A stretch of DNA of 48,188 nucleotides, from NCBI GenBank assembly GCA_030611665.1, contig JAUWPI010000002.1, positions 1-48,188 of the forward strand, given 5' to 3'. This stretch comes from Candidatus Heimdallarchaeota archaeon. GTDB lineage: Archaea; Asgardarchaeota; Heimdallarchaeia; Heimdallarchaeales; Heimdallarchaeaceae. A program made the position numbers and the translations under genes. Shown here piece by piece: positions 7,875 through 17,368 of this stretch. Numbering within the stretch: position 1 is the first letter of the stretch; each line of letters starts with the position of its first letter. Below the pieces are notes generated by a model, which did not search any database, had not been told where the DNA came from, and worked only from the letters and a program-made list of their open reading frames with translations.

Positions 7875-10118
7875 TTATTTTATTTGAGATGATCTTCCTC
7901 TAGCAAAGTCAGCAATAACTATGTAAGAAACTAGCTTTGCAAAGTAAGTAGACTTGCTTAAGATTCCAACAACTTCTCCAGTAGCTTCATCTTGTGCAGC
8001 AATAAGAACTTCTTCATTTTCTCTTTCAACACCGATGAATCTTGGCAGTTCAACACCCGTTCCAGTATCTCTGAATCTTCTGATTTCTACATTAGCTTGA
8101 GATTCTAATGCTGACGAAATCCAAGCGCCATCTGTATCCTCATCAAGTTTTGTTACTAGAGTAACTTTAGCTGTTGTTGGTAGTGATTTAACCGCTTCTA
8201 AGGGGATGTATTCCTTGTGTGGAGATAGTATTGTAACCCCTCGTTTCGTGTCTTTAACGATTCTAGCAATGTTCTCTTTGACAGCTTCTAGACCAATAAT
8301 AGATGTTGTCTGAACGGGGGGAATGGTTGTTTCTTTTGAGGTAGCTTCAAGAGATCTGAAATCGTTCTTCAGTTTCATAGTCATGCTCAGAAGATAGTTT
8401 GCTGTATCTGACATTTTACGGTTATTATCTCCGATAAATTTAACTGAATCATTGACTTCTGAAGTAAGACTGCCAGCGAGTAGTTGTTTACCCTCTTCTA
8501 TATTTACTTTGGATGCATTTGCTATTTGGTCAACTGTAATTACAGCTGAATCTAGTGATTGCTGTAAAAAGCTGTTTAGCTCTTCCTTAAATGAAGAAGT
8601 AGTTGTTTGAACTAGATTTGAAACTTCTTGAAAGTGCTCTGTTATAGCTGTTTCGCTTTCTTGTATTAATGTTTCAGTTTTGCCTACCAAGTCTGACCAT
8701 TTTTCTTTCAATTGGTTAGAACCAGCAACAAATGAATCTGAAAACACTGAGTTGAGTTGGTCAGATAATGTACGAAATGATTGAACATTGCTATTCAAAT
8801 TCGCAATAACACTATTCGAAATCTCATTGAACTTATTGGAAAATTCTTCGTTGAATGAAGTAAATCTTTCAGTTGCTCCTACTTTAACTTCACTGAGTTT
8901 TTCATTATAACTTTGAATTGTCTCATTATAATGACTTTCTAGCTTTTGCATAAACATATCTCGTTCACTCACTAGATTGTTTCTCTGGTTTTGTTCATTG
9001 TTTTGTAGATCAGTGTATTTGAGAGCCATGCTCTCTTTAATCTGTGAGACTGTTGCAGAAATAGTTGTGTTTTTTTGTTGTTGTAGTTCACTCACAAGAG
9101 TAGTTTTTATGTTTTCAATTTTTTCATTGAGCGAGTTAACAGCTTCTTGAATATTTAACGAAAGTTCCTCTACTCTTTGGTTAAGTATCAAGTCTAATGA
9201 TTCTCCTAAACCTTGAAGGTTTGTTGAAACTGCTTCAGAAACAGAATCAACATTCTTCTCAGCATTTCTGGTTATCTCTGAAGAATATCCGAGATATTTC
9301 TCTGACTGCGTTCTATTAAAAGCTCTAACATCTAATTTTGAGACATTGATTCGTTGTTCTATTAGCTGCATCAATTCGTTAACTTCAGACAAATATTTTT
9401 GATGTAATTCGTTTAGCTTTGGTTGTAATGACTCAGAAACAGATTGGATTGTATTTATAGAATCCTGTGAAAGTTGAGAGATTTGATTGTTTGAAACTGT
9501 AACTGATTCTTCAGTCTGTTGCTTAATATTTCCTACTACTGTGTTCAATGTAGTTTTAGCTTGATTTAAATTACTCACATTTTCATCCAAGTATCCTTTA
9601 ATAGTAGCATTGAATTCAGCTTTCTTTTCTTCTCCTAATGTATTGTAATTGGAAATTAAAGCTGCAGATTTTTCCGCTACCGCTTGTTTCTGTTGTTGAT
9701 TTAGTGCATTAAAAGATGAATGAGATGCAGACAACGAACTGTCAATTGCTGTTTTCTTTTGTTCTGCGTTTTCTTCAAACTGTCTAGTAAGGCTTTCCCT
9801 TAATTGATTGAAACTCTCATTTTTACTTTGTATGAAACTTGTTGTTTCTGCAAGATTTGTCTTAATTTCAGAACTTAGTTTTTCACTGGTTTCAGCTAAG
9901 TATTCCAATGGGATTTTAACATAATATTTGTTGATATACCCTTCAGAAACTCCGATGGCACCTTTGTTTATCAAAGCATCGAGAGCAACATTTACCTTAG
10001 ATAAATGTAAGCTGCTAAATTGAGCAGTTTCAAAAGAGGTTAACTGCCCACATCCCAGAAGAAGTTGATAAATTTGTTTTTCTTCCTGTGTTAATTCTAA
10101 TCTTTCTATAAAGGACAT
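7875..10118 (-). CDS. TrmB-family winged-helix protein with a very long alpha-helical/coiled-coil insert and a TrmB-like C-terminal domain
   Basis: The N-terminus LTQEEKQIYQLLLGCGQLTSFETAQFSSLHLSKVNVALDALINKGAIG matches the TrmB-type wHTH pattern. About 550 residues of S/N/Q/E/L-rich heptad-like sequence follow. A mixed alpha/beta C-terminal domain of about 130 aa ends the protein (VTILSPHKEYIPLE...VEIRRFR...FIGVEREN). Confidence 0.55.
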   Translation of the reverse strand: MSFIERLELTQEEKQIYQLLLGCGQLTSFETAQFSSLHLSKVNVALDALINKGAIGVSEGYINKYYVKIPLEYLAETSEKLSSEIKTNLAETTSFIQSKNESFNQLRESLTRQFEENAEQKKTAIDSSLSASHSSFNALNQQQKQAVAEKSAALISNYNTLGEEKKAEFNATIKGYLDENVSNLNQAKTTLNTVVGNIKQQTEESVTVSNNQISQLSQDSINTIQSVSESLQPKLNELHQKYLSEVNELMQLIEQRINVSKLDVRAFNRTQSEKYLGYSSEITRNAEKNVDSVSEAVSTNLQGLGESLDLILNQRVEELSLNIQEAVNSLNEKIENIKTTLVSELQQQKNTTISATVSQIKESMALKYTDLQNNEQNQRNNLVSERDMFMQKLESHYNETIQSYNEKLSEVKVGATERFTSFNEEFSNKFNEISNSVIANLNSNVQSFRTLSDQLNSVFSDSFVAGSNQLKEKWSDLVGKTETLIQESETAITEHFQEVSNLVQTTTSSFKEELNSFLQQSLDSAVITVDQIANASKVNIEEGKQLLAGSLTSEVNDSVKFIGDNNRKMSDTANYLLSMTMKLKNDFRSLEATSKETTIPPVQTTSIIGLEAVKENIARIVKDTKRGVTILSPHKEYIPLEAVKSLPTTAKVTLVTKLDEDTDGAWISSALESQANVEIRRFRDTGTGVELPRFIGVERENEEVLIAAQDEATGEVVGILSKSTYFAKLVSYIVIADFARGRSSQIK

Positions 10119-10239
10119 AATTACTCACCTTTAAGATTCAAATTTGACTATATAAAATAAGAAGTTTGTGCATAGTTTATAGTACGATACAGTAAGAATC
10201 TTTTTTAACAAGAAAATGTTTTTGGTTTTGTGGGGATTT

Positions 10240-10857
10240 ATGTCTAATTACGAAATAGTCTCATGGGATCAATCTTATCAGATGACGTTCTATTTGTTTG
10301 AAAAAATGGTTGAAGAGGAATACTTTCCGGAGATTATTGTTGGAATTGCTAGGGGAGGATGGATACCAGCTCGTTTACTCGCAGATTTCTATGGTAATAG
10401 GAGAACGGCTAATATTAAAATTGAGTTTTATGATAGCAATTCTAAAGCAACAGAAAATCCTATCATCACACAAGAAATATCGGAAAATGTGGAAGGGAAG
10501 ATTGTTTTGATTGTTGATGATGTAGCTGACTCTGGAAAAAGCCTTGAAGCCGCTATTGAACACATAAAATTAATGAACCCTAAAGAAATAAAATCTGCAA
10601 CATTATACTACAAAAAACATAGCATTATTGTGCCAAATTACTTCATTAAAGAAACTCAATTATGGATTGTTTATCCGTGGGAATATGGAGAGTTTGTAGC
10701 TTTCCAATACAACCAGCTCCGAAATAGTATGTCTGTTAAAGATATTAGCAAAAAACTAAAGGACATAGGCATCCCTTCTCCGTTAGTTGAAACTTATTTC
10801 TCAATTATTCTTACTCAGGAAAAAAATAAAATCGGTGGTAATAATGAATCAAGATAA
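10240..10857 (+). CDS. Purine (hypoxanthine/guanine-type) phosphoribosyltransferase
   Basis: PRPP-binding motif KIVLIVDDVADSGKSL. It also shows the GIARGGWIPARLLAD loop typical of archaeal type I PRTases. I prefer the ATG at 10240 after GGGG. The track starts at 10216. Confidence 0.72.
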   Translation: MSNYEIVSWDQSYQMTFYLFEKMVEEEYFPEIIVGIARGGWIPARLLADFYGNRRTANIKIEFYDSNSKATENPIITQEISENVEGKIVLIVDDVADSGKSLEAAIEHIKLMNPKEIKSATLYYKKHSIIVPNYFIKETQLWIVYPWEYGEFVAFQYNQLRNSMSVKDISKKLKDIGIPSPLVETYFSIILTQEKNKIGGNNESR

Positions 10858-11134
10858 CGAGAAAGAAGATGTCGACCTACCCATCGAAGTCATAGATAGA
10901 GTGAATGTTGGAGTGATAGCAGTCTCTTTGAGTCTATATGAGGAAGGAATGGATCTTGAAGAGCTCATTGAGGTTACAGGTATAAACGGGGAAGATGTTT
11001 CCAAGTGTCTAGAATATTTGATAGACACTAGAATGGTCCGTAAAAAGATGGGTTCCGACACATATAGGGTATCGAATTTCAAGAAAATGCTACAATTTCT
11101 CCTCTCTGAAGGTATGGTATTTCCCTCAGAATAG
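10844..11134 (+). CDS. Small acidic winged-helix-like hypothetical protein
   Basis: 96 aa from the ATG at 10844, preceded by GGTGG. The start overlaps the end of the PRTase gene by 14 nt. The segment MDLEELIEVTGINGEDVSKCLEYLIDTRMVRKK resembles an HTH plus wing. Confidence 0.4.
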   Translation: MNQDNEKEDVDLPIEVIDRVNVGVIAVSLSLYEEGMDLEELIEVTGINGEDVSKCLEYLIDTRMVRKKMGSDTYRVSNFKKMLQFLLSEGMVFPSE

Positions 11135-11179
11135 TATTTTACAAATGTCAAGAAGATATGAATAATTAATTAGTCAAAA

Positions 11180-12652
11180 CTATTTTTCTAAAAAGGAATC
11201 TAGAGAAATCTGTGATGTTTTGTTTTTAGTTTCTTCTTGAACGTCTTCTTGAATATCTTCTTGAACAATCTTTGAAGATGTCTTCTTTTTTGATTTATTC
11301 ATATTCGCAAAAAACATCAAATCAATTTCAATTTCTTTCGCTTTTTCTAATCTAGATTCAGTAATTTGTACATACGCTTCTTCGTACAGAGTCATAATTT
11401 GTTTTGTCATTTTTGAAGTGCCATTAGTCAAGAAGTCTACATCGTCTTCATTGTATTGTAGCCAAACAACAATCCCAGCAGCCATAGTAGCGTCAGCATT
11501 AAAGATAATTTTCAGATAGGGATAAATATCTTTAGTAAATATTCTAGTAGAGCAATGAAGTTTTACTATACTCTTCGTTGCTAGTTGTTTCATTTTTGCG
11601 GTTTTTCCTCTCAACCTTCCCATTAATGCCCAATAACTCGGAAAACTAAACTTAGTATATTTGAAAGGAGATTGTTTTACAATATTTATTGAAGAAATCA
11701 ACATAAAAAAATACTTCAAGAAAATCCAATTCTGTTTTCTATAGCATAATGACAAGTAAATATCAGCTTCAGCAATTAACTCATATATGTTAAAAAGTTC
11801 AATTGAATTTGCAGCCTGCTTCCAAGCATGTTCGTAGACATAGTATAGTAGTTCTCTATAATCTACATTAACTCCATCAAGAGCGCGTTTTGCCTCACCA
11901 TAATCTTTAGCAGAGAAGATATTTGTTAAAGCTGCATCCAAATTGTGTTTCTGATTTCTTGGTGAAAAAATCATCTCTAAATCCTTTGTACTAAAAGCAA
12001 CGCCTTGTAAATCATTAATTGCAGATCGTGCATCTCCACCAGAGTTTTTTGTAATTGCAACTAATACTTTTTCTTCTATATCGAGATTCTCTTTTTCTGC
12101 AATTTTTTGTAGTAATAGCAGTATTTCTTGCTCTGTGAAACTTTTAAATGTTATAACTTTCATTTTTCTTTTTGCAGCTTTCAGAGATTTTGCTGAAGGA
12201 TCATTTGCTGTGCATATTATGGGGATTTTGGCTCTATCTATTGCTTTTGCGAGTGCTGGTCCTCCTCCACGATCCTCATTTCCGAAAAGCCCATCAGCTT
12301 CATCAACTAAAATTAGTTTCCTGACTCTAGCGCCTTGAATTACGGTTCCTTCTGTTGAAGATAGACCAATTAGTCGTTCTACTGCAGCTTTGTTTCTTTT
12401 ATCACTAGCATTAACTTCTACAAACTCATAATTGTATTTTTTGATTAAATATAGTACAACACTTGTTTTACCTACACCAGCGGGACCTGCAATCAAAACA
12501 ACCTTCTTTTTTTGTGCATTCCAGGTTATTAACCAGTCCTCAATTTCCTGAACTAGGGTTGAGTTTCCAATAAAATCTTCAAAAACTTCTGGTCGGTATT
12601 TTTCTACCCAAGGTATTGCTTGAATGTTGGTTTGAGAAGCCATTCTAGTCAT
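11180..12652 (-). CDS. rfcL: Replication factor C large subunit
   Basis: WVEKYRPEVFEDFIGN, Walker A GPAGVGKTS, Walker B LVDEADG, and archaeal RfcL size (490 aa) with an acidic/basic C-terminal tail. Confidence 0.9.
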   Translation of the reverse strand: MTRMASQTNIQAIPWVEKYRPEVFEDFIGNSTLVQEIEDWLITWNAQKKKVVLIAGPAGVGKTSVVLYLIKKYNYEFVEVNASDKRNKAAVERLIGLSSTEGTVIQGARVRKLILVDEADGLFGNEDRGGGPALAKAIDRAKIPIICTANDPSAKSLKAAKRKMKVITFKSFTEQEILLLLQKIAEKENLDIEEKVLVAITKNSGGDARSAINDLQGVAFSTKDLEMIFSPRNQKHNLDAALTNIFSAKDYGEAKRALDGVNVDYRELLYYVYEHAWKQAANSIELFNIYELIAEADIYLSLCYRKQNWIFLKYFFMLISSINIVKQSPFKYTKFSFPSYWALMGRLRGKTAKMKQLATKSIVKLHCSTRIFTKDIYPYLKIIFNADATMAAGIVVWLQYNEDDVDFLTNGTSKMTKQIMTLYEEAYVQITESRLEKAKEIEIDLMFFANMNKSKKKTSSKIVQEDIQEDVQEETKNKTSQISLDSFLEK

Positions 12653-12730
12653 TTAGGAATTCTATATTTCAATATAAAAAACATATGTTTAAGTGGGAAA
12701 AAAAGAGAATTTTTCTCTTGATATAAATTA

Positions 12731-13357
12731 CTACTTATCACCATTACTAGAATCTTTGCTACTTTTATCCTTATCTTTTCGGAAGAGCATTTTTCCTAGA
12801 ATTCCTCCCAATATGCCCCCAGCGAGTCCTACGACGGGGATAAATATGAAAGAGCCAACTACCAAAGTAAAGAAGAAAACAGTGAAGAAGGAACCAGTAA
12901 AGCCTGCAATGGAAATACTCATAGCATCAACCATAACTGAAAATATTATATCGAGAAAGACAAAAGAGAGCATAGCTGACCAAGCTCCAGACCTTAAACC
13001 TCCTCGAGAAGCTAATCCACCAGCAAAGGAACCTATTAACCATATTGCAAGAATAAGAATATACATTCCTGTACTACTAAACGGAAAAAGATCTATGTCA
13101 ATTGAATTGTCAGTGAATGTTTGAACAACATCAAAAATATCAGGTAAATCTATTGGTAAAAAGATATTCACAACTAAGAGTGATAGAAGGGCTACTACAA
13201 AGTGACCACCAGAAGGATGATCTGTTATCATGATCTCATTAAAGGCAACCAATCCTGGTTGGTCAAATGTTGGCCACAGTATCAGTATCAAGAGAATAAC
13301 AACAATTGTACAAGTAACAAAACCAATGAGAGTTTTCCATATACGTCTAAAGAACAT
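12731..13357 (-). CDS. Multi-pass membrane protein, unknown function
   Basis: 208 aa with several long hydrophobic, Gly-rich helices and a K/D/S-rich C-terminus. The overlapping plus-strand ORF 12693-13124 is judged spurious. Confidence 0.5.
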   Translation of the reverse strand: MFFRRIWKTLIGFVTCTIVVILLILILWPTFDQPGLVAFNEIMITDHPSGGHFVVALLSLLVVNIFLPIDLPDIFDVVQTFTDNSIDIDLFPFSSTGMYILILAIWLIGSFAGGLASRGGLRSGAWSAMLSFVFLDIIFSVMVDAMSISIAGFTGSFFTVFFFTLVVGSFIFIPVVGLAGGILGGILGKMLFRKDKDKSSKDSSNGDK

Positions 13358-13444
13358 CTTACTCAGAAAAAAAAGGTGATTTTACTATTTAGACTTTTGC
13401 ATTTACAATTTGAGAGTTATTTTCAACATAAAACTTGCCAAACT

Positions 13445-14218
13445 CTAAAATAGTATTGATAGACAGGTCAAAGATCCTTGACATTTTTCAAACTCACTCA
13501 TTTCTATAGGGATAACCTCAAATCCTGCGTCAGAAACAATATTTTGAGCATTACTGAAATTATTTGACATAATCACAGTACTTCCAATTGACAAACAATT
13601 AACTGAATAGCTTTCTCTTTTAGGGATTGATAGAAGAGTAAGGTCTTGTATAAGAGGCTGATTTTCATATTCATCACTAATAATCATCGTATTCTTACCT
13701 AGATACTTCATATAACTTTTGAGATGAACAATGTTAGGATTATTGATAGTATCAACTTTGATTTGTAACCAATCTTTCATTTGTTCTGTTCCAAGCTCAT
13801 TTGTTCTTTGTGTTATACCACAGATCAACCTATTAGGAAGATGCAAAACATCTCCACCTTCAATAGTAGCTGGTTCTGTTGCGCGTTTAGTTGCGAAATA
13901 TTCCTTGAGTGCTTCTTCTACCTCTTTATCTTCACCATGACGACTTTGAACACCCATTCTTGTGATAAAAGCTCTTTTTCCAAAAACTACAGCAGTATCC
14001 TCAACGAAACAAGAATCAGGGTACTCTTTCTTTGGAGGAAGTTTGATTAGCTCAAGCCCAAGACTAGATAATACGTCACAATAATTGATATGTTGTTGTT
14101 TTGCTTTTTCAAGATTCACAGTATGATGCAATGGGTGCGAAGAAACACATTGTGTGTAACTTATACTAGGTTCCCGTACTATCGCTTTTTTGGCCTTCAT
14201 ATGGCAATCATTTTTCAA
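13445..14218 (-). CDS. Dimethylarginine dimethylaminohydrolase / amidinotransferase-superfamily enzyme
   Basis: DSCFVEDTAVVF, IEGGDVLH, ITQRTN, HLKS and the C-terminal EFEKCQGSLTCLS (catalytic Cys context) match the DDAH pattern. The start may be an internal ATG (MKAKKAIVREPS). Confidence 0.68.
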   Translation of the reverse strand: MKNDCHMKAKKAIVREPSISYTQCVSSHPLHHTVNLEKAKQQHINYCDVLSSLGLELIKLPPKKEYPDSCFVEDTAVVFGKRAFITRMGVQSRHGEDKEVEEALKEYFATKRATEPATIEGGDVLHLPNRLICGITQRTNELGTEQMKDWLQIKVDTINNPNIVHLKSYMKYLGKNTMIISDEYENQPLIQDLTLLSIPKRESYSVNCLSIGSTVIMSNNFSNAQNIVSDAGFEVIPIEMSEFEKCQGSLTCLSILF

Positions 14219-14260
14219 TTATAAGATTAATTTATATATATCTCTATAGTAGAAATAAGT

Positions 14261-15091
14261 ATGGTGCTTATCGGTCAAACAATTCAAGCTCACAAAGGGT
14301 TGGAATGTGAACATCTAATCAAATTTGCCAAAAATTTGGGAATAGAATCTTGCGAGTTAAATCCACAAGGTGTAAATTTTGATAATCTTGATAACGTAAT
14401 AGAAGCTGTAGGGGATATGGTAACAACTTTTCATCTTCCAGTTGATGAAATCGATGGATATGATTTTTCTTTTCCTGAGAAACAAAAAGAGATTGATGGA
14501 GTCATTAAACTAATTAATGAAAATATGGATAAATTAAACATTATAGTTGCTGTATTTCACCCAGTTGAACATCATGGAAAATATGAAACGTTAGTTAATA
14601 ATGTCAGCCAACTAAGAATCCCCGTGGTTGTAGAAAATGTTATGAGTCAAACAGATGAAGATTTTCTCGATTATTATAATAGATTGAAAAAAGATTTGGG
14701 GAATCAACTGAAAGGATGGTTATTTGATGTAGCTCATTCATACATTCAAAACGGTTCGGAGACATATTTAGACCTACTTGACAAAATGCCTTTTAGTGAG
14801 TTAGAAAAAATTCATTTCTCTGATTGTAACGAAGGTGAAGATTCACACTACTCTTTTGGATCAGGTGTATTGCCAATTAACGACATTTTGCAGAACATAA
14901 AAAAAAGAGGTTATAGAAAAATAATAGTTAATGAGATTGATGCTCATCCTACAATATGGGATACTATTGATTCGTATAAGTTGGTAGCAAAATACTTCAA
15001 GAGAGGTCTTTATATAAAAGTTGCATTTAGAAAAATGATATTCAAACCAATAATTCAAAGAAGACTTAGGAAAGCCAATATTAATCTTTAA
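14261..15091 (+). CDS. Xylose-isomerase-like TIM-barrel protein (sugar phosphate isomerase/epimerase family)
   Basis: Spaced metal-ligand-like blocks FHLP, VFHP, VVVENV, FDVAHS and IHFSDC are typical of the AP_endonuc_2 / TIM-barrel family. This is a family-level call only. Confidence 0.45.
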   Translation: MVLIGQTIQAHKGLECEHLIKFAKNLGIESCELNPQGVNFDNLDNVIEAVGDMVTTFHLPVDEIDGYDFSFPEKQKEIDGVIKLINENMDKLNIIVAVFHPVEHHGKYETLVNNVSQLRIPVVVENVMSQTDEDFLDYYNRLKKDLGNQLKGWLFDVAHSYIQNGSETYLDLLDKMPFSELEKIHFSDCNEGEDSHYSFGSGVLPINDILQNIKKRGYRKIIVNEIDAHPTIWDTIDSYKLVAKYFKRGLYIKVAFRKMIFKPIIQRRLRKANINL

Positions 15092-15111
15092 CAATCGATA
15101 GCTTAGCTTTG

Positions 15112-15954
15112 TTACAACTGACATTCAGGACAATAGAAAGTACTTCTTTTATCTTGCACAACTCTCCTTATTTTGCTTCCACAATTATTACATTTTTTAT
15201 CTTTTTTCCCATATACTTGGTGCCAGTTTTGTGCTGATCCCTCTCCACCGTCAGGAGTTCTGAACGAGCTAAATGTACTACCCATAGATTCTACTGCTTT
15301 ATGGAGTGTTTTTGAGATAGCAAAACCTAGCTTGCATCGCTCTTCATCTGTCAATGTTATTACTAGTCTTGTAGGATTAATGTTTGCTAGTGCCAAAGAT
15401 TCGGATTTATATATATTTCCAATACCAGCAACTAATTTCTGGTCGAGAAGAACGGAACCAATCTCTCGGTTTGCGTAATTTCTCTTATTTATTCTTAGAA
15501 GAAATTCATCTATTGGAAAAGTAGCCAAGAGTCCATCTATACCCATCTTACGAATTGGTTGATGTTGAAGCACAGAGTTATAATCTTCATAAATTTTAAA
15601 TTGTCCAAAATTTCTCGTGTCATAAAAAACCACATTTGGCAATGTTTCAAATTCGATTGACACCTTTGAGTGTGAAGGTAAAATCTGATTTTTCTTTATT
15701 AATAGAAGCCAGTTACCAGACATTCCTAGATGGTTTAAAATAACTTCCCTCTTACCAAACTTAAAAATCAAAAACTTTCCAATCCTTTCAATGTTCGTTA
15801 TTTGATGTCCACTAAACTGATCAAATTGAGTTTGTCTATTTTGATATTTCCGATACTTTTGGGAGAGTTCAGTTAGATGGATTCTTTGAATTTTTTTCCC
15901 AATAATTGATTTCAATGAACGTCTTACACACTCAACTTCTGGTCCTTCTGGCAT
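15112..15954 (-). CDS. nei: Fpg/Nei-family DNA glycosylase/AP lyase, Nei (endonuclease VIII)-like
   Basis: N-terminal MPEGPEVE (catalytic Pro2/Glu3), H2TH LLDQKLVAGIGNIYKSESL, and a C-terminal zinc finger CNNCGSKIRRVVQDKRSTFYCPECQ. Confidence 0.85.
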   Translation of the reverse strand: MPEGPEVECVRRSLKSIIGKKIQRIHLTELSQKYRKYQNRQTQFDQFSGHQITNIERIGKFLIFKFGKREVILNHLGMSGNWLLLIKKNQILPSHSKVSIEFETLPNVVFYDTRNFGQFKIYEDYNSVLQHQPIRKMGIDGLLATFPIDEFLLRINKRNYANREIGSVLLDQKLVAGIGNIYKSESLALANINPTRLVITLTDEERCKLGFAISKTLHKAVESMGSTFSSFRTPDGGEGSAQNWHQVYGKKDKKCNNCGSKIRRVVQDKRSTFYCPECQL

Positions 15955-16463
15955 CTAACTATCTCCTCGATTTTATTTGTGATTTTTTCTCTGTTTTGCA
16001 TATTAATTTCGAAAACTTTCGTATCACTTCTTAGTTTGATTTTCTTTGTGAAATCATTATCCCTAAGCATAATAGTTCCAAGAACCTTGTTCTGATCAAG
16101 TGCTTGTATAACAAATTCCTTGAAAGAATGTGAAAAAAGTTCCATTTTCCCAATTTCATCAATAACAATCAATTTTGGTATCTTGTTGTTTATTTCTTTT
16201 TCTAGTTTGCTAACAACGAAGTTTAGGTTATCCAAATAAACACCATACCTTCCCACCCTGTACCTGCTTTCTATATTTTTCTTAGAAGCTAGGATTTTCT
16301 TAATGCCTGAGTAAGTTTCAATTGTAAAACCGGTTCTAACGTTATTTTCTTTTATTTCCAGTGTAATAAAACCAATTACATCAATGTTAAGTTTTGATAT
16401 TATTGTTGAGATTAGAGTGGTTTTCCCCGTTCTTGGAGATCCTGTCACAAGAATATTTGTCAT
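15924..16463 (-). CDS. Nucleoside-triphosphatase, THEP1/NTPCR family
   Basis: P-loop ILVTGSPRTGKTTL and Walker B LIVIDEIGKMELFS, with a size of about 180 aa. I prefer the ATG at 16463. The 3' end overlaps the nei start by 31 nt. Confidence 0.75.
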   Translation of the reverse strand: MTNILVTGSPRTGKTTLISTIISKLNIDVIGFITLEIKENNVRTGFTIETYSGIKKILASKKNIESRYRVGRYGVYLDNLNFVVSKLEKEINNKIPKLIVIDEIGKMELFSHSFKEFVIQALDQNKVLGTIMLRDNDFTKKIKLRSDTKVFEINMQNREKITNKIEEIVRCQKDQKLSV

Positions 16464-16602
16464 ATAATCACCCAAAAGATTAGAGAAGATCCTTGGTTCT
16501 ACAAATGATTCTTTATTCTCCTTCTTAAAAAGTCTTATAAATCTGGTCTTTTACTTCTTTCAAAAGTTAAAGATAATACTCCAACACTCGAGTGTGATTA
16601 AG

Positions 16603-17346
16603 ATGAGCAAAGATTTCAGAGGAGTAACAATAGATAGACGTATTGATTTAAAAGGTAAATCTATTGTCCGCTATGAAAAACATGGGAGGCGTTATGAATT
16701 ACTTGTTAATCCTGAACCCGCTTGGCTATTTATCCAAGGTGAAGAAGTAGAAACAGATGATATTTTTGAAGTTTATATTGTCTACGAAAATATTTCTCGA
16801 GGAGTTAAAGCTACACAAGATGATTTGGATGTAGCTTTTGAAGGATTAACCGATAGAGAAATAGCTATAAAAATTCTAAAAGAAGGTAAGTTACAGTTAA
16901 CAATAAGTCAACGAAATGAAATCCTTAAAGACAAGAGAATTGAGATAGTAGATTTTATTCACATTCACTGTATTAATCCACGTGAAAATACACCAATTCC
17001 AAAAGATCGAATTGAAAATGCAATTCTAGACTTAGGTGTCAACATTTCTTATAAAGACGATGTAAAAATCCAGGCATTAGAAGTCATTGATTTATTGAAA
17101 CCAATTATGCCAATTAGACTTGAATCAGTAAAATTAGCTGTAAAGATTCCCCCAAGTTATACTGGGGCCCTATATGGTTTCGTAATTTCTGCTGGAAATC
17201 TTGTTCAAGAAGAATGGTTATCTGATGGCAGTTTAGCAGTTATTGTTAATATCCCTTCAGGAACTCAAGCTGATTTCTTAGAACAAATTACATCTAAAAC
17301 AAAAGGGAAAGCTCAAGTTAAAGTTTTGGAAAGAATGTCGGAATAG
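16603..17346 (+). CDS. sdo1: SBDS-family ribosome maturation protein
   Basis: VRYEKHGRRYELLVNPEPAW...KATQDDLDVAFEGLTD...ILKEGKLQLT matches the SBDS N-terminal domain. It holds the first position of the archaeal exosome superoperon. Confidence 0.85.
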   Translation: MSKDFRGVTIDRRIDLKGKSIVRYEKHGRRYELLVNPEPAWLFIQGEEVETDDIFEVYIVYENISRGVKATQDDLDVAFEGLTDREIAIKILKEGKLQLTISQRNEILKDKRIEIVDFIHIHCINPRENTPIPKDRIENAILDLGVNISYKDDVKIQALEVIDLLKPIMPIRLESVKLAVKIPPSYTGALYGFVISAGNLVQEEWLSDGSLAVIVNIPSGTQADFLEQITSKTKGKAQVKVLERMSE

Positions 17347-17368
17347 AAAAACAAAACGGTGATATAAC

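Noticed and set aside
12693-13124. 143-aa plus-strand ORF overlapping the membrane-protein gene
   Set aside because: It is antisense to a longer ORF with clear TM-helix structure. Its own sequence is low-complexity (P/K/T-rich) and looks like the mirror of hydrophobic codons. It is a shadow ORF.
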